Shown here piece after piece: positions 28,837 through 41,661 of a DNA stretch of 64,000 nucleotides. Source of the DNA: Trichoplax sp. H2 (taxonomy: Eukaryota); the NCBI GenBank assembly GCA_003344405.1, contig NOWV01000026.1, forward strand, positions 62,001 through 126,000, given 5' to 3'. The translations under genes were made by a program, and so were the position numbers. Below the pieces are notes generated by a model, which was given only the letters and a program-made list of their open reading frames with translations, was not told the origin of the DNA and made no database searches. The stretch's first letter is position 1, and each line of letters opens with the position of its first letter.

Positions 28837-31031
28837 ATGGCGGCCGATTATAAAGAGCAGACAGAGAATCCACAAGATACGAAAAAGAGAATTACATGCA
28901 TGAATCAGTGGCCCGAGAATTGTCCGGAAAAAATTGTTAATACGTATAAGCTGTCTTCTGCTGTAGATAATTTAAATTACGTCTGGTTCAGCATACTGTA
29001 GTACTATGTCAAAGTACAGTACATACTGTGCAGTACTTGACATTACTAACTAATGTACAGTACTATACTCTGTATTGAAGGAAGTATACAGTACACTACA
29101 GTAAATTATATAATGCGGTAATACTTCGTATTAGTTAAATTCGTTTTATTAATAATAATAATATAATCTGTGTAGGTTCTTTGTATGGATTTGTCCAACG
29201 AAATGAATACAACCTTTTTTAAATCTAAAGGGCAAGTACTATCGCAAGTACTGTACTTTCAGTCATCATGTTTCTATTGATGAAGTAATCCTTATTTTGA
29301 TGCCTACTTAATGTCCCAGGGTCAAATCTACTGTACTGTACGGTAGTATGCAGATCTCTGCGTATTATACCCAGTTCTCCATACAATCCTATTGTTGATA
29401 CTGTAGAGTTGAATGTAGCGAATTAATAACATTTTCTTTATTAATCTCTTAAACTGAGCGTCCACAAAATTATAGTTAAGTAATGATTCTAGCTTTCCTT
29501 TAAGCACGGTACAGGCACATTTAACGTAACGTATGTGATTTTAGCTCCAGTATGACTGCACTACAACTGGCTAAGAAGATGATAGATATTTTTGTTAATT
29601 CAAAACATATCATGAATCCATTGCATCGTTTTGCTGTTATTGCGATGTACGATCAAGCGAATTGGGTTAGCATTTGCATAGCTAAATGAATTTAGTTACA
29701 TTTATTTACTTATAAATAGCTATTTATACGTATCTAATATGATACTGGAGTTATCTGTAATAAAAATACGGTAGTCATTTAGACAATTAATTATACTAAT
29801 GTAAGTAGCGAAACTGCGCTAATAATATATGTACAGTAATATACGTATGTAGCATTTTCGGTGTATTCGCTATAATCTATATTTATTATCTGAAATGTAA
29901 CTGTGATTACTTATTTGAAAGATGTGCGATTTCACGTCCAATCCAGAAACTATCAACTCCGTTCTCCATCATACCAAACCAGATGATGTGCATGAATTTG
30001 GTAAATAAATATAAGCCTGTACTTTAAGCACACAATCATATAGGATACCGTACGTTACTATAACGAATCTTGGTCTACAAGCTAAATTAAAGATCGCTAA
30101 CTGCGGTATTATAGCTGTGCTATAGTCGCTATAAGCGTTTACATTGTATACTAGATTATCACATTTCAGCTAAATCATTATTATGAGATTCCATTTCTAT
30201 TTTAAATATTTATGATCATTCAAGATATGACTAGCCTTTTTCAAATCTTGTAAGTTCCTTATTTTCTATCGATGACTTTCTATATTGCAAACATTAATCA
30301 TAGGTACTATACAATTTGTGATAGGATAAATAATTATGTAATCGATGTATTTTCTGTATTTCTACTACATTATTATTAATAACATGCTTTAAGAGACGAA
30401 AACCTCAATATTGAAGGCGAAAATGCTGCTCCATGTTACGTAGTAAGAATCATCTTAATTTATGGTCGCTCAATATGCAAGCCCCACCTTAGTAATCAAG
30501 AAGTAAGATAGTATGCAAGATTAGTAATAATTATTTGATATAGCATAGCTTAAAAAATACAGCGCTACTCATTCTTTCAAATTTCAGTTACTGACTTATT
30601 ACGTTAGAGTCTACTTAGTAAGCTGCGCACTGTTACACATCTCTAAATGTTTAGCAAGAGCAATCGGTAATTGTTAAGTTATCCCATCTTGAAGGTATTT
30701 CAAAAGTTACTTCGAAACCATCGCTTCTTTCTGGATTTTTTATATATTCATGATATCCCAACAGAAGAAAACAATTGCCAGGTCAGATTATATAGTTATT
30801 AAGTATACGCTCTTTAATTATATTACTTAACTACTAACATAAGGTTTTAAATTCTAATAGCTAATTTATGAAACATTGTGCAATCTGGTCAAGTCAAATT
30901 CTTACCTACTCGATGTAACCAAAAACACTGTGTTTCTTTTTGATAATATGGCAAAGCTGTTAGCTCACCCAATGCAGCGTTGTCTACAGGACGAGACGAA
31001 TTATAACTTGCATAGAAATCTATCAATGTAA
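28837..31031 (+). CDS. BABAM1: BRISC/BRCA1-A complex member 1 (MERIT40/NBA1), vWA-like
   Basis: NCPEKI/VLCMDLSNEM, FVNSKHIMNPLHRFAV, YVVRIILIYGRS, FFLDFLYIHD, MAKLLAHPMQR motifs across about 8 exons. An in-frame ATG further upstream is possible. Confidence 0.88.
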
Positions 31032-32392
31032 TAAATAATCAAGTATAGCTACCTATTCCTGGATTCTTTCGGCGTTGATAATTTTACGAAATAATCTTTT
31101 CATAGTGCCCTACATGCCTAAGCTGATGTAAAAGCTGACTATTGAAGCGATCAACTGTTGAAATTATCATTGTATTTAGAAATATTGTCGAGTGTCGATA
31201 CCGTATTCTATGAATCTTTGGTATAATCGTTTATCGTTAAAGTCGATAAGGTCTGAATGATTATTCGCACACCGATTAGGAAATAATGAGCACAACTGAT
31301 AATAATAATACCAATAACGTAATTAAATTTTCGAAAATAAAATGACTAGAACTATGAAATAATGCTATGGTTGTAACCAATAAATTACGTAATACGCCTA
31401 AATTGTAAACTATCAAGTTTTAAACACGGAAAATGGTTATGGCTTTATCAGCTGTGCACTTCGATGATTTATATATCAATGTAGTTGCGACTAACGAGAT
31501 TGTTGCAATACATACGTACTAAAACATAATATACGCGCATTCAATTTTCGAAAAGCTATGTCTGTTATGCTTACAAATATGTTAATTTAGCGCAAAGTAC
31601 TGAATTTAGGATGATACTACTGCACTGTACATTGGATTCTAAGGTTTATACGCGTGTTATTGTCTGCACGTAAAGTACTATAAATTTACTATACGCACTG
31701 TATACCATGAATACGCTGGTGAACTGAATTGTGGCCACGGCGTCATGCGAATTATCAAATATACTGTAAATGAGATCTCTGAATCGCCTTTAATAAAGGA
31801 CATTTGCATGCAGATCCTAATACTCAAGGTGTATCTCATTTCTGAATTAATTGCTTTTGTATACCGGTCATTATACAGTACTGTACTATACGCGTATAGA
31901 GAGGATCGCATTTCCAAAATAACGACAATCGTCGTACACAATATCTCACTTCCCAAAATTGATAGCCAAATTCACATCGCTACTTTATTTTTCATCTAAA
32001 TCATATAAACAAACATTACTTGTAGAACGGAATTTACATTATACCGTATCGACGCTTATATACTCTATGTTACTTATTACGGTAGTAAAAACTTTATTTC
32101 GAATTCAATAAGGGAATTTGATATGATTAAGTATTAGATACTGTATGAATAAGCCAAAGCGTACAATATATATTGAATGCCAAAAGCTGTTATTTGAGTC
32201 GATGAGTTTAACAACTTGAAAAACTGAGATTGAATATTTAAATGAATGTTTTTTCAAAGTATTATGCATACCATCACAACAATAAAAATGATCAGTGAAA
32301 TAGCCATAATTTTCACATTTGTTGGAATGGCTTGCTTTTGAATAATTCCGAACAGTTCTTAATAGATGAAAATGAGATTATTATAAATACTC

Positions 32393-35037
32393 TTATAATT
32401 CATCTTTATCGCTGCTGCCGTCAGCACTTTCACCATCACCAGCAGCATCAGCGTTTTGGCCTTGTGGTGGTGGTGGAGAATCTTTATATAACTTTGTTGT
32501 AATTGGTTGGACAACGTCATCTAATTCCTTCTTTTTTGCTTTTAATTCTTCGGTTTCAGCATTTGGATTTGATTCTAACCATTGAATTTTATCCTCAACA
32601 GCAGCTGCGATGGTTTTCTTATCCTCATCGGACAGCTTTCCTCCTAGCTTTTCTTTGTCGTTAATTTGATTTTTAAGCGAGTAGGCGAAGCTTTCAAGTT
32701 CATTTCTTGCTTCCACCTTTTCTTTGAGGACTTTATCATCATCAGCAAACTTTTCAGCATCATTAATCATACGATCAATTTCATCTGGTGATAATCTGTT
32801 CTGATCGTTGGTTATAGTGATTTTTTCCTTCTTACCGGTACCTTTATCTTCAGCTGAAACTCTTAAGATGCCGTTCACATCGATTTCAAACGTAACTTCA
32901 ACTTGTGGAACTCCACGTGGTGCTGGTGGAATACCGGTAAGATCAAAATTTGCGAGTAAATGATTGTCTTTCGTCATAGCACGTTCACCCTCGTATACTT
33001 TAATGGTAACTACTTGTTGGTTATCGCTAACGGTAGAAAAAATCTGCGATTTTTTAGTGGGTATAACAGAGTTACGAGTTATCAACTTCGTCATTACTCC
33101 ACCAACAGTTTCGATTCCAAGGGTTAAGGGATTAACGTCAAGGAGCACAACTTCACCGGTGTTCTCCTCTCCACTTAAAACACCTCCTTGAACAGCCGCA
33201 CCATAGGCAACAGCTTCATCAGGGTTGATACCGCGACTTGGTTCCTTACCGTTGAAAAAATCTTTAACCAATTGTTGAACTTTAGGAATACGAGTGGAAC
33301 CACCAACCAAAACGATTTCTTGAATTTCGCCTTTCTTTAATTCAGCATCTTCCAAGACTTTCTGTACCGGCTTTAGAGTCGAACGGAAAAGATCCATGTT
33401 CAGTTCTTCAAACCTAGCACGAGTTAAACTTTCGGAAAAGTCCTCCCCGTCCAACAATGATTCTATTTCGACTCTTGTTTGATGTTGAGAGCTAAGAGCA
33501 CGCTTAGCTTTTTCAACTTCTCGGCGTAATTTCTGCACAGCGCGATTGTCTTTCTTTATATCTTTACCTTTCTTCTTTTTGTACAATTTGATGAAATATT
33601 CCATTACGCGTTGATCAAAGTCTTCACCTCCCAAATGAGTGTCACCATTTGTGGCAACTACCTCGAAAACACCATTGTCAATAGTCAATAATGATACATC
33701 AAACGTTCCCCCACCTAAATCGAAAACCAATATATTCTTTTCTCCCTCTTTTTTATCTAGACCGTATGCTATAGCCGCTGCGGTAGGCTCGTTGATGATT
33801 CTCATTACAGTCATACCAGTAATAGTACCGGCATCCTTGGTAGCTTGGCGCTGGGCATCGTTGAAGTAAGCAGGTACAGTAACTACGCTGTGAGTAACCT
33901 TCTTGCCCAAATAGGCTTCTGCAGTTTCCTGTGCGTTAAAAAGTCGATGAATGCACAATAATGAGTATGCTGTGGATAAATTTTTTCCAAGTCACTAAAT
34001 AGCTTACTACGCAATTATGTAACGAGACTGAGCGTAATACATACAGTAGATGGCTATCAATTTACCTTCATCTTTGACAACACCATAGCGCTAATCTCTT
34101 CAGGAGCAAAAACTTTCTTATTACCTTTAACGTCAACTTCAATGTGTGGTTTACCATTCTTACTAATCACAGCGAAGGGAAAGTACTTAATATCTTTCTG
34201 CACTGTCTTATCATTCCAATTCCGCCCAATTAATCGTTTTACGTCAAAAACAGTGTTTTCTGGATTGGATGTTAACTGATTTTTCGCAGCATCGCCAATT
34301 AAGCGTTCACCATCAGCGGTGAAAGCTACATATGAAGGTGTTATACGATTTCCTTGGTCATTAGCTATAATTTCTACACGGCCATTCTTAAATACTCCTA
34401 CACTATATAATAAAAAACCAATTTAACCATCTTTAATTTAATTTAATAAGCAGTAAAATCGCTAATCAAGTCAAACTTAAGTTTCGTACAGCCTGTACAG
34501 AGTACAGAATATATCTACCCGGTAAGCCTGATTAACGAAATATTACTGTATACACGCGTATACATGCAGCAATAATATATGCAGCATAAATACTAACATA
34601 CTCATAAAAATCTGACTATTTTGCAAGAAAAGCGTCAATTTGCTACAATCTACAGATTAAATCAAAAACAATTACTCGTATATACAGTATATACTGTAAG
34701 GTATAGTGGGTATGACTAAATTTGTACTGTTACTACCGTTGCCCATCCTACGATAGGAAGCAATATTTAACTGCTAACAGAAGGAGCATTCTATACAGAA
34801 TCTATTAAATTACAATAATGTTATCAAAGATTACTTTTGCCAGGCGATATTCGGATAAAATTAATTCTTTCATGTACGCACATAACAATTAGCTTGTTTT
34901 GAACCTTACCAGCTGTATGTTGTTCCTAAATCGATACCAATAACGGTGCCAAAATTTTCTTTTTCTTCAGCTTTGCCTAGGACCAAGCCATTGAGCACGC
35001 ATACAAACAGAAGAACCTGAACAAATTTATACGACAT
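32393..35037 (-). CDS. HSPA5: ER Hsp70 chaperone BiP/GRP78, 3 exons (35037-34910, 34402-34066, 33928-32393)
   Basis: Signal peptide, [35 protein letters not shown]-terminal KDEL. Confidence 0.97.
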
Positions 35038-35233
35038 TTTTCAAATCGAAAATCTTCAACAAAGACTATATAGGCTCGATGAAGTATATTACTGTTGAAT
35101 TCTACTAGATGATCACAGAAATGGTCACTTTACTGATACACGTGGATTGAAACTTTACTACAACTCACTGATAAGGTCAAAATTTACGATTGCAACGTGA
35201 ATGAAGCCGAGCTTAAATAGCTGTACGAAACAT

Positions 35234-35287
35234 CGTGGCCAATTCTGATTGGTGTAAATTGTGCATGGTGTGGCGTAGGGTGATTGG
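35234..35287 (-). promoter_or_regulatory. Two tandem ER stress response elements (ERSE, CCAAT-N9-CCACG/A)
   Basis: Plus strand cgtgg-ccaattctg-attgg (35234-35252, exact reverse complement of the ERSE) and tgtgg-cgtagggtg-attgg (35269-35287, CCACA variant). TATA-like TATTTAA on the minus strand at about 35213-35219; about 200-250 bp upstream of the BiP ATG. Confidence 0.8.
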
Positions 35288-35329
35288 CCATCCATGTCAT
35301 CACGTGACTAATATCATTTCAATATTATA

Positions 35330-35740
35330 AGAGGTACAGTACAGCGTCTTTAATTGCGTTTTCTGTACTGTACTTTTACTAAAATATCTGATACGAAAAT
35401 AATGTTGCTATACAGTACAGTACACTACACTGCACTGGCTTTCAGGCTAAGTTACAGCCATACTGTACTGTACTGTAAATGAATGACGCAAGTTTCCGTT
35501 CCGTTCAGAGATTCTATAACTGTACTGTACCGTACTAGATTTTTCTAGAAGTCCCAGTAGTAAGTACAGTACAGTACATACAGTACAGTAGAAAGTCCCT
35601 GTAATACTAAGTACCGTAGTGCGTGAATTCGGACAGCTCTGTTCTAGTTCACGTAAAGTACAGTACTGCTACGTATGTACTGTACTGTACGTACAATATA
35701 TCCGTACTGTACAGTACTGTACAGTACAGTAAGTCCAGTA
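35330..35740. repeat. (ACAGT)n/(ACTGT)n array upstream of BiP
   Basis: Many cagta/tactg units, e.g. gtactgtacagtactgtacagtacagta. Confidence 0.85.
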
Positions 35741-36072
35741 AAATGTTAGTCTAAACGAGTCACAAATTATATACCGGTAGTATTTCAATTCAAGAACAAA
35801 AGAACTGTTAAATGGTATACTTTTTATTCAAGTCAAATTATACAGCATATGCTGTAATTAACCATGAGCTAAGATTAACTAAATTCATGATTAATATACT
35901 ATACAACAGAGAGGCTTAGATTTTAATCATGACATGAGATGGGAATTACTTTACTTAAATTCTTATATCACTACAATATTACGACAGCTAGCTCATATTT
36001 GAATTAAACAATTCTGAAACAGTTCGTGAGTTAGTTGACGATATTAGCTTTATATAAATCGATAGTACACCG

Positions 36073-36178
36073 CAGCGTTCCGCAAATAGGAAAATTCTGA
36101 TGCTTGACCCAACCTGAACCCGACCGACTTGAAACTCAGCCAACCCTAACTTTTTATTTTGGCCATTGCGGAGCGCTG
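36073..36178. mobile_element. Candidate 106-bp non-autonomous hAT-type MITE
   Basis: 13-bp TIRs CAGCGTTCCGCAA / TTGCGGAGCGCTG (1 mismatch); flanking 8-bp direct repeat GTACACCG / GTACATCG (7 of 8 identical); internal ACCC(A/G)ACC-type repeats; GC-richer than its surroundings. Confidence 0.7.
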
Positions 36179-36345
36179 GTACATCGTACAATGACTATTA
36201 AATCGGAATAATTGTAGTCTATACTAGAGCGACTGTTTACTGTACTGTACAGTAATTGCGTGTTAGTAAAGTACAGTATGTACAAAAATGTGATAATACT
36301 TGTACACGAATTATTAATAATAAATTTGAATGAAATTAAATGAAT

Positions 36346-39300
36346 CTAAGTAATTTTTGGCTCATGAAATATGACATTACCATCCAGACCTCCACTTGCG
36401 ATTAGCATATGAACTGGCGACCATCTGTGAAGGTAAAAATAATGTTCAGTTACTGTATGATATACTAATAGCAATGATTAATTTGCAAGGAAGGCACCAA
36501 ATTTAGTCCCAACTATAAAATGGACCTAGAAGTCAAGCATGCCTCCATATGTCCGTGTAACAGCTGAAGGGTATTAAGTTCAGTAGGATAGTGAGATTTC
36601 TGCAATAAATATAAACAAATAAATATTCTTGCCATAAGCAAATTTCAATCTTATACTTACACGTTTTAAAGGCTCCGAAAATTCATAAGGGCAACAATTA
36701 TGATCATAACTTAGAAGTCGCACCCTGACAATGTAAAACCATAGACCTCTTCAGCATTTAGTGTCAATTTGTGCATGCATTCAACATTGATATGATCCTT
36801 ACCCGAATCCATAAGGCGAGCAGATTACTTGTCCATCAGCTCCAAAACTAATTTCTTTAATGTAATCTACACTTGGCCGAAAATTTGCTTCTACTTTATA
36901 ATGTGTTAATTGACTTTCATGATGAGCACTTTATTCATGAATAAAATATAATTCTAAATTATGAAACAACAGGGATAAATTACTACAGTAATTTAATAAG
37001 ATTTACCGATCAAATGAGGAAAAATTCAATCCATGTACACTTAGTAGCTAGTAAATGTAAACAGCATAGGTAATAAGTAACATTTATTAAGTAATCTTCC
37101 GTATGATAAGGTCACACGAGATGATACCTCAAGAACAGACAAATAGTTATCATCTGCTAAGGTAAAACGTGTTATTAGGTTCATTGATTGCGGGTGAAAA
37201 TCCATAGAATATAATCCGTTTCGGTGACATCTCTCTGACTGATAAAAATGGAAAAAATACTCGTAAACCGTCGCAAGTTGCAATTCCCAATGATTAAAAA
37301 TAATAACGTACAACATCAAATAATTCATCGGGGAATGTTCTAATAATTTCAAATGAATTTTTAATTTCATTCTCTTTTACTGACGTTGGATTACTGAAAA
37401 AGGAAATATTTATTTAAATATTGAATCAAAATGATAAATAATAATGATAATTATCCAATTTTTGCTAGAATATGTACTTGAGTATTTCAGAAGAAATAAC
37501 TGTAGGAATTAGCTTGCCTTGAGAATACGTAGGTCGAAGGTTGTCCTGATTAAAATTTAATATTAAGCTAATATTGCATTACTTGCTATCAAATATTAAA
37601 GTTATAAAATCCGTTTTGTTTAAAATTAGTTACCTTTAAGCTATTAATGTTCAAATTTCTTACAATAAGTAGATTTCCATCTACGGTGGCGATAGCCTTA
37701 TTAATAAAGGGCCAAATTTTACACAATTTCGAAGTAGAAACAATTATAATTATTAACTGCTACTGATTCTAAAATATGTTAGTTCTGAAAATTCAATGTA
37801 CCAGTTTTTTTTCATCTGGTGATAATTTCAGTCTAGATATACCAGTAGCTAAGTATACCTTAGTTGTGTTAAACAGAAAATAAACGACTACAGTACCAAT
37901 GCTAAGAGATCAATTTGACAGTGAAATTTAGCTAAGAGGGCATTTGCAAGTAAAGACAGTTTATGTCAAAAGACATCATTAAAAAAGAATTAAAACAAAT
38001 CTCATAATTTATGTTCAATTTCTATAGGCACTAAAATCTGTAAAGTATGTGATCGATCAGTACAACAAAGTTGCTATAAATTTTTTTAATTTACCTCACA
38101 ATCGGTTACTTCATTATTCGCTTGGGATCGAAGCGAATTCATGTCCCAGACTCTATACATCAATTTTAAGATTCTAAGTCAATAAATGCTAAAGCTTTGC
38201 AAAAATGCCGATTTATATCCAAATTTTATTATTATACAGAACACTGAATTGATATTAGTCATGAAATAGAAACGATATATCTAGCTCAACATAATGCTGT
38301 ACAGGGTTAGAGTTTTGGCCATTATTTATGTTAATTATTGCTGCATAATTATAATTTTATCTTACTGGGCATAATTCCAATATCTCAACATTTATAAACT
38401 GCATCGATCTAGGAATCTTTAAATTAATATCGAAATGCTTATTTCTATTTAATCGGTAATAGCCTACTGTCAGACTAGTCCTTCTCGATATTTATCTACT
38501 GTACCATTTAAAGACACTGAAAAACGTTTTCTAGGCTAAACTATGAATTCAAATTTTATTGAAAAAGCAGTTTACTTATAGTACAATAACATAAACCTTA
38601 CTTAATTATCGGACTTTAGATAATATTATAGAGGTATGTAATTACAGTATCTATACAAAGATATAAAACATCCTAAGTAACCGCATTATCAATGAATACC
38701 AACTTATGTATCTGTCGAAAATGGGATAAATATCTGTCTACGAAAAGTTATTTCGTAGCATTCATACATAAAATAAAGTGTTACGTAATCTTTTATACCT
38801 TATAGTATCATCGAAGCCTGAAGTTATTAGTACCTTACTTGCAGCACAATATTCAATACTCTTTACCCAGTTCCTTTAGTATAAAGATGCGTAGTATAAT
38901 TTTAAAGACATATTGAAAGAATTCTTAAATCTTTAGAACTCGTGCATTATACACGCACTTTCAACCAAGTCATTCAAACACCTTATAGTTTTATAGCTAA
39001 CCGAATACCTGTGACCCTTGAGGGTAGTTAACTTTGCTTTCGTGTTACGAAAGTCCCAAACGGCAATGGTATAGTCATCTGCTTGTATAAAATGGAAATA
39101 TATGGTATAGCCTTAGGATTTATACTGGTTAAATCAGACTAAAACTAATTTCTATCAGAAAGTCCGAATTGTAGTAATTATCCATTCAATAAAATCCAGG
39201 GAAAGCAAGATAGTAATACCTGAACAAGATATAAATAATCTGTTATCTAGGAATCTGTTAATATTGAGTTATTCAATTAGTACAAAAGCTTTCTACATGT

Positions 39301-41054
39301 TCCAAAATATGCGCACCAAACAGTCTACTAAGGTTATCCTAAATGTTTACTATTTACATTTTAATAATTGTACCATCAGAAAAATTAGAATAAATATGCA
39401 CAGTATAATACCCACATTTTATAAATCCTGCATAAGACAAATTATTACGGCATTATATCACCATACTAAAAGTTATGTTAGTCTTACTTTTGCCGCATTT
39501 ACTATTTATATATTAATTCTGAAAGAAATACAGACCATCGCTGCGTTCGTAAAAGTTCAATACAGTATAGGCCAAGAATACTAGACAACAACTAGTTTAA
39601 CTAGCATTATTTTTAATTCACAGCCATTTAATGTCGCGGATACAGTATTTGTAAGTTAGGATTAGTAACGTATCTAAATAGTATAAGATGTATGTTTACT
39701 AAATCAAGTGAATAAATAAATATCTAAATACTGGTTAACGGAAAACCTAAAGCTGAACCTTAATAGAGTCTGTGCATTTTACTGTTACCGTGTACTAATA
39801 CAGTAGTACAGTAGTTCTACAAACATTATCAATATTACATTATTACAAACCGTACAACGTTAACACAGTCAGAATGGGCTGGAAAGATCTCTTTTATTTT
39901 TCTGTGAGTAATGCAGTCAAAAATAAGGATAGATCGTCTCTCGCATGCAGCGAGAAGGCATGAGCTTTAAGTTAAAATATTTAAAAGAAAATTAGTTTTC
40001 TAGTCACTAGATTACCGATATTGTCAGAATATCATCTATAATACAGTAAGGGCTACATTTTTATTAATAACAATGTAGTAATAATCATTATATTAGAGTC
40101 AGCAACAATAATCAACATCCAAAATCCACTCCAGTTACTCCGATCCTTTTATCCTCTATACATGTACAATTGTACATCCTGCTACATTACTGAGTCTTAC
40201 TTTATCAAATTGAAATTTACCCGTCAGGATTAAATTCGACATTAAATATTGAGTTACGATCATAGCCGCATTCCCCATTCGATATTACTGATCTAAAGCT
40301 TTTAAATTCTCGATACAGGTAAGGCTTGATAGATCTCTAATAAAACGGAACGTCAAGATTATAATCGAAATTTACACTTGCTGCACGTAAAAGTTATTTA
40401 GTTGTAGATGTAGATAATAAATAGAATCATCAGAAGAATATCATATAATATAAATTATTTTGGGTAACAACGTAATCTGCTGACACTGATTTTGCAGTAC
40501 TCGTGAGGTGTAGTACACATTTATTAGATTTCAAATTTTATCACTACTTCTACAGTACCTCCTACAACGTGCAGTCCTATAGTACTGTACAGTATACTGT
40601 ATAACTACATGCGAAAATTCATAACTTAGTGCTTGTAATACATTTACTCTTTAGTACAATATCACCTAAGGCAGTTAGTTTATCCAGAGTTTATGGACAA
40701 AGCTAAGTTATTACCATAATTTTGTAGTGCTAATCCGACGTACTCGTATATAATAACTAGTATAACAAAAATCCTACATCTCGACTGTTTGGAATGTAAT
40801 AGCAATACGGAACAGGATCTCCTAACATTTGTACACACTCCAAGAATAATAATTAATAATTAATACGTGTACTGTATTTGTCAGGTCTAACTGTATATCA
40901 TCATACGAGTATAATGCTAGTCGCACACTTTTCAATGCAAGTGCACAATAATGTCAACTCCGTCTTGTTATTTACAGTTAATAGGATAAATGCGATAATT
41001 ATTTACACTTAGTCTATCTCCGCGTTCACGAATTTTTAGGTAATTCGCAAGCAT
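36346..41054 (-). CDS. DCAF10: DDB1- and CUL4-associated factor 10 (WDR32), multi-exon WD40 protein
   Basis: SIFNVEFNPDG/ACERRSILIFD..AHSDCVNVVR/FLDNRLFISCS/DDYTIAVWDFRN..LKGH/NWVKSIEY..LITSGFD and LTHY..EAN..YIKEISFGADGQVICSPYGFG, ending RWSPVHMLIASGGLDGNVIFHEPKIT*. The start exon (MLANYLKIRERG) is less certain. Confidence 0.87.
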
Positions 41055-41259
41055 TTTACAAGACGTCAAAACCAGGTGCGGCGTACAAACACTGATTCTG
41101 TTTGCTTGACCTGCCAAAGTTGATCGTCCCACCAAAAGAAAGACACGGTGCAACACTAGTGCAACACTCTGCACAATGTTATTGTTCAATCTTAAGGCCT
41201 TAAACCATTAAACGTCAATTAAGTGACTTAAAACGCACCTTTTAAGACTCATCGAACAC

Positions 41260-41661
41260 TATAGTGTACAGTACGGTAATGAAAATTCCCCTACTAGTAA
41301 CATCCAGCTTTTGGATATTGATACTACTGTATATTCGTACTGTATGTACTGTATTAGTAACAGTATTACATTTACTGCACATTTTTACATTACATTTAAA
41401 AAAGAAGCAGGATTTACTGTACTGTACCGTTCGGTACTGTAAATTGTAAAGTACTGTACAGTACAGTACAGTAGAGTCAATATTAAATGGAACCCGAACC
41501 TACAGTACAGTACTGTACGGTAATGAACTATCATACGTACTGTACTGTACAGTACAGTACACCCTTTACAAACTCAATTGTCATCCCCTGAGTACAGTGT
41601 ACTGTAGTGTACACTGTACAGTACAGTACAGTACTGTACTGTATATTCACGTACAGTACAG
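41260..41661. repeat. (ACAGT)n/(ACTGT)n array upstream of DCAF10
   Basis: gtactgtacagtacagtacagta; tactgtactgtacagtacagta; actgtacagtacagtacagtactgtactgta. Confidence 0.85.

Noticed and set aside
31678..31999. Overlapping 92-aa and 84-aa ORFs between BABAM1 and BiP
   Set aside because: No recognisable motifs; lie between convergent 3' ends; likely chance ORFs.
32964..33869. Plus-strand ORFs antisense to BiP
   Set aside because: Shadow ORFs of the Hsp70 coding strand.
35540..35555. Heat-shock-element-like TTCtaGAA upstream of BiP
   Set aside because: Only two good nGAAn units; common by chance.
35330..35740. Repeat arrays as a possible CRISPR
   Set aside because: Five-bp microsatellite units with no constant repeat-spacer period; eukaryotic context and no cas genes.
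36140..36150. CCAACCCTAAC resembling a telomerase RNA template inside a long-range stem
   Set aside because: The stem is better explained as TIRs with an 8-bp TSD; I could not see a pseudoknot or H/ACA domain.
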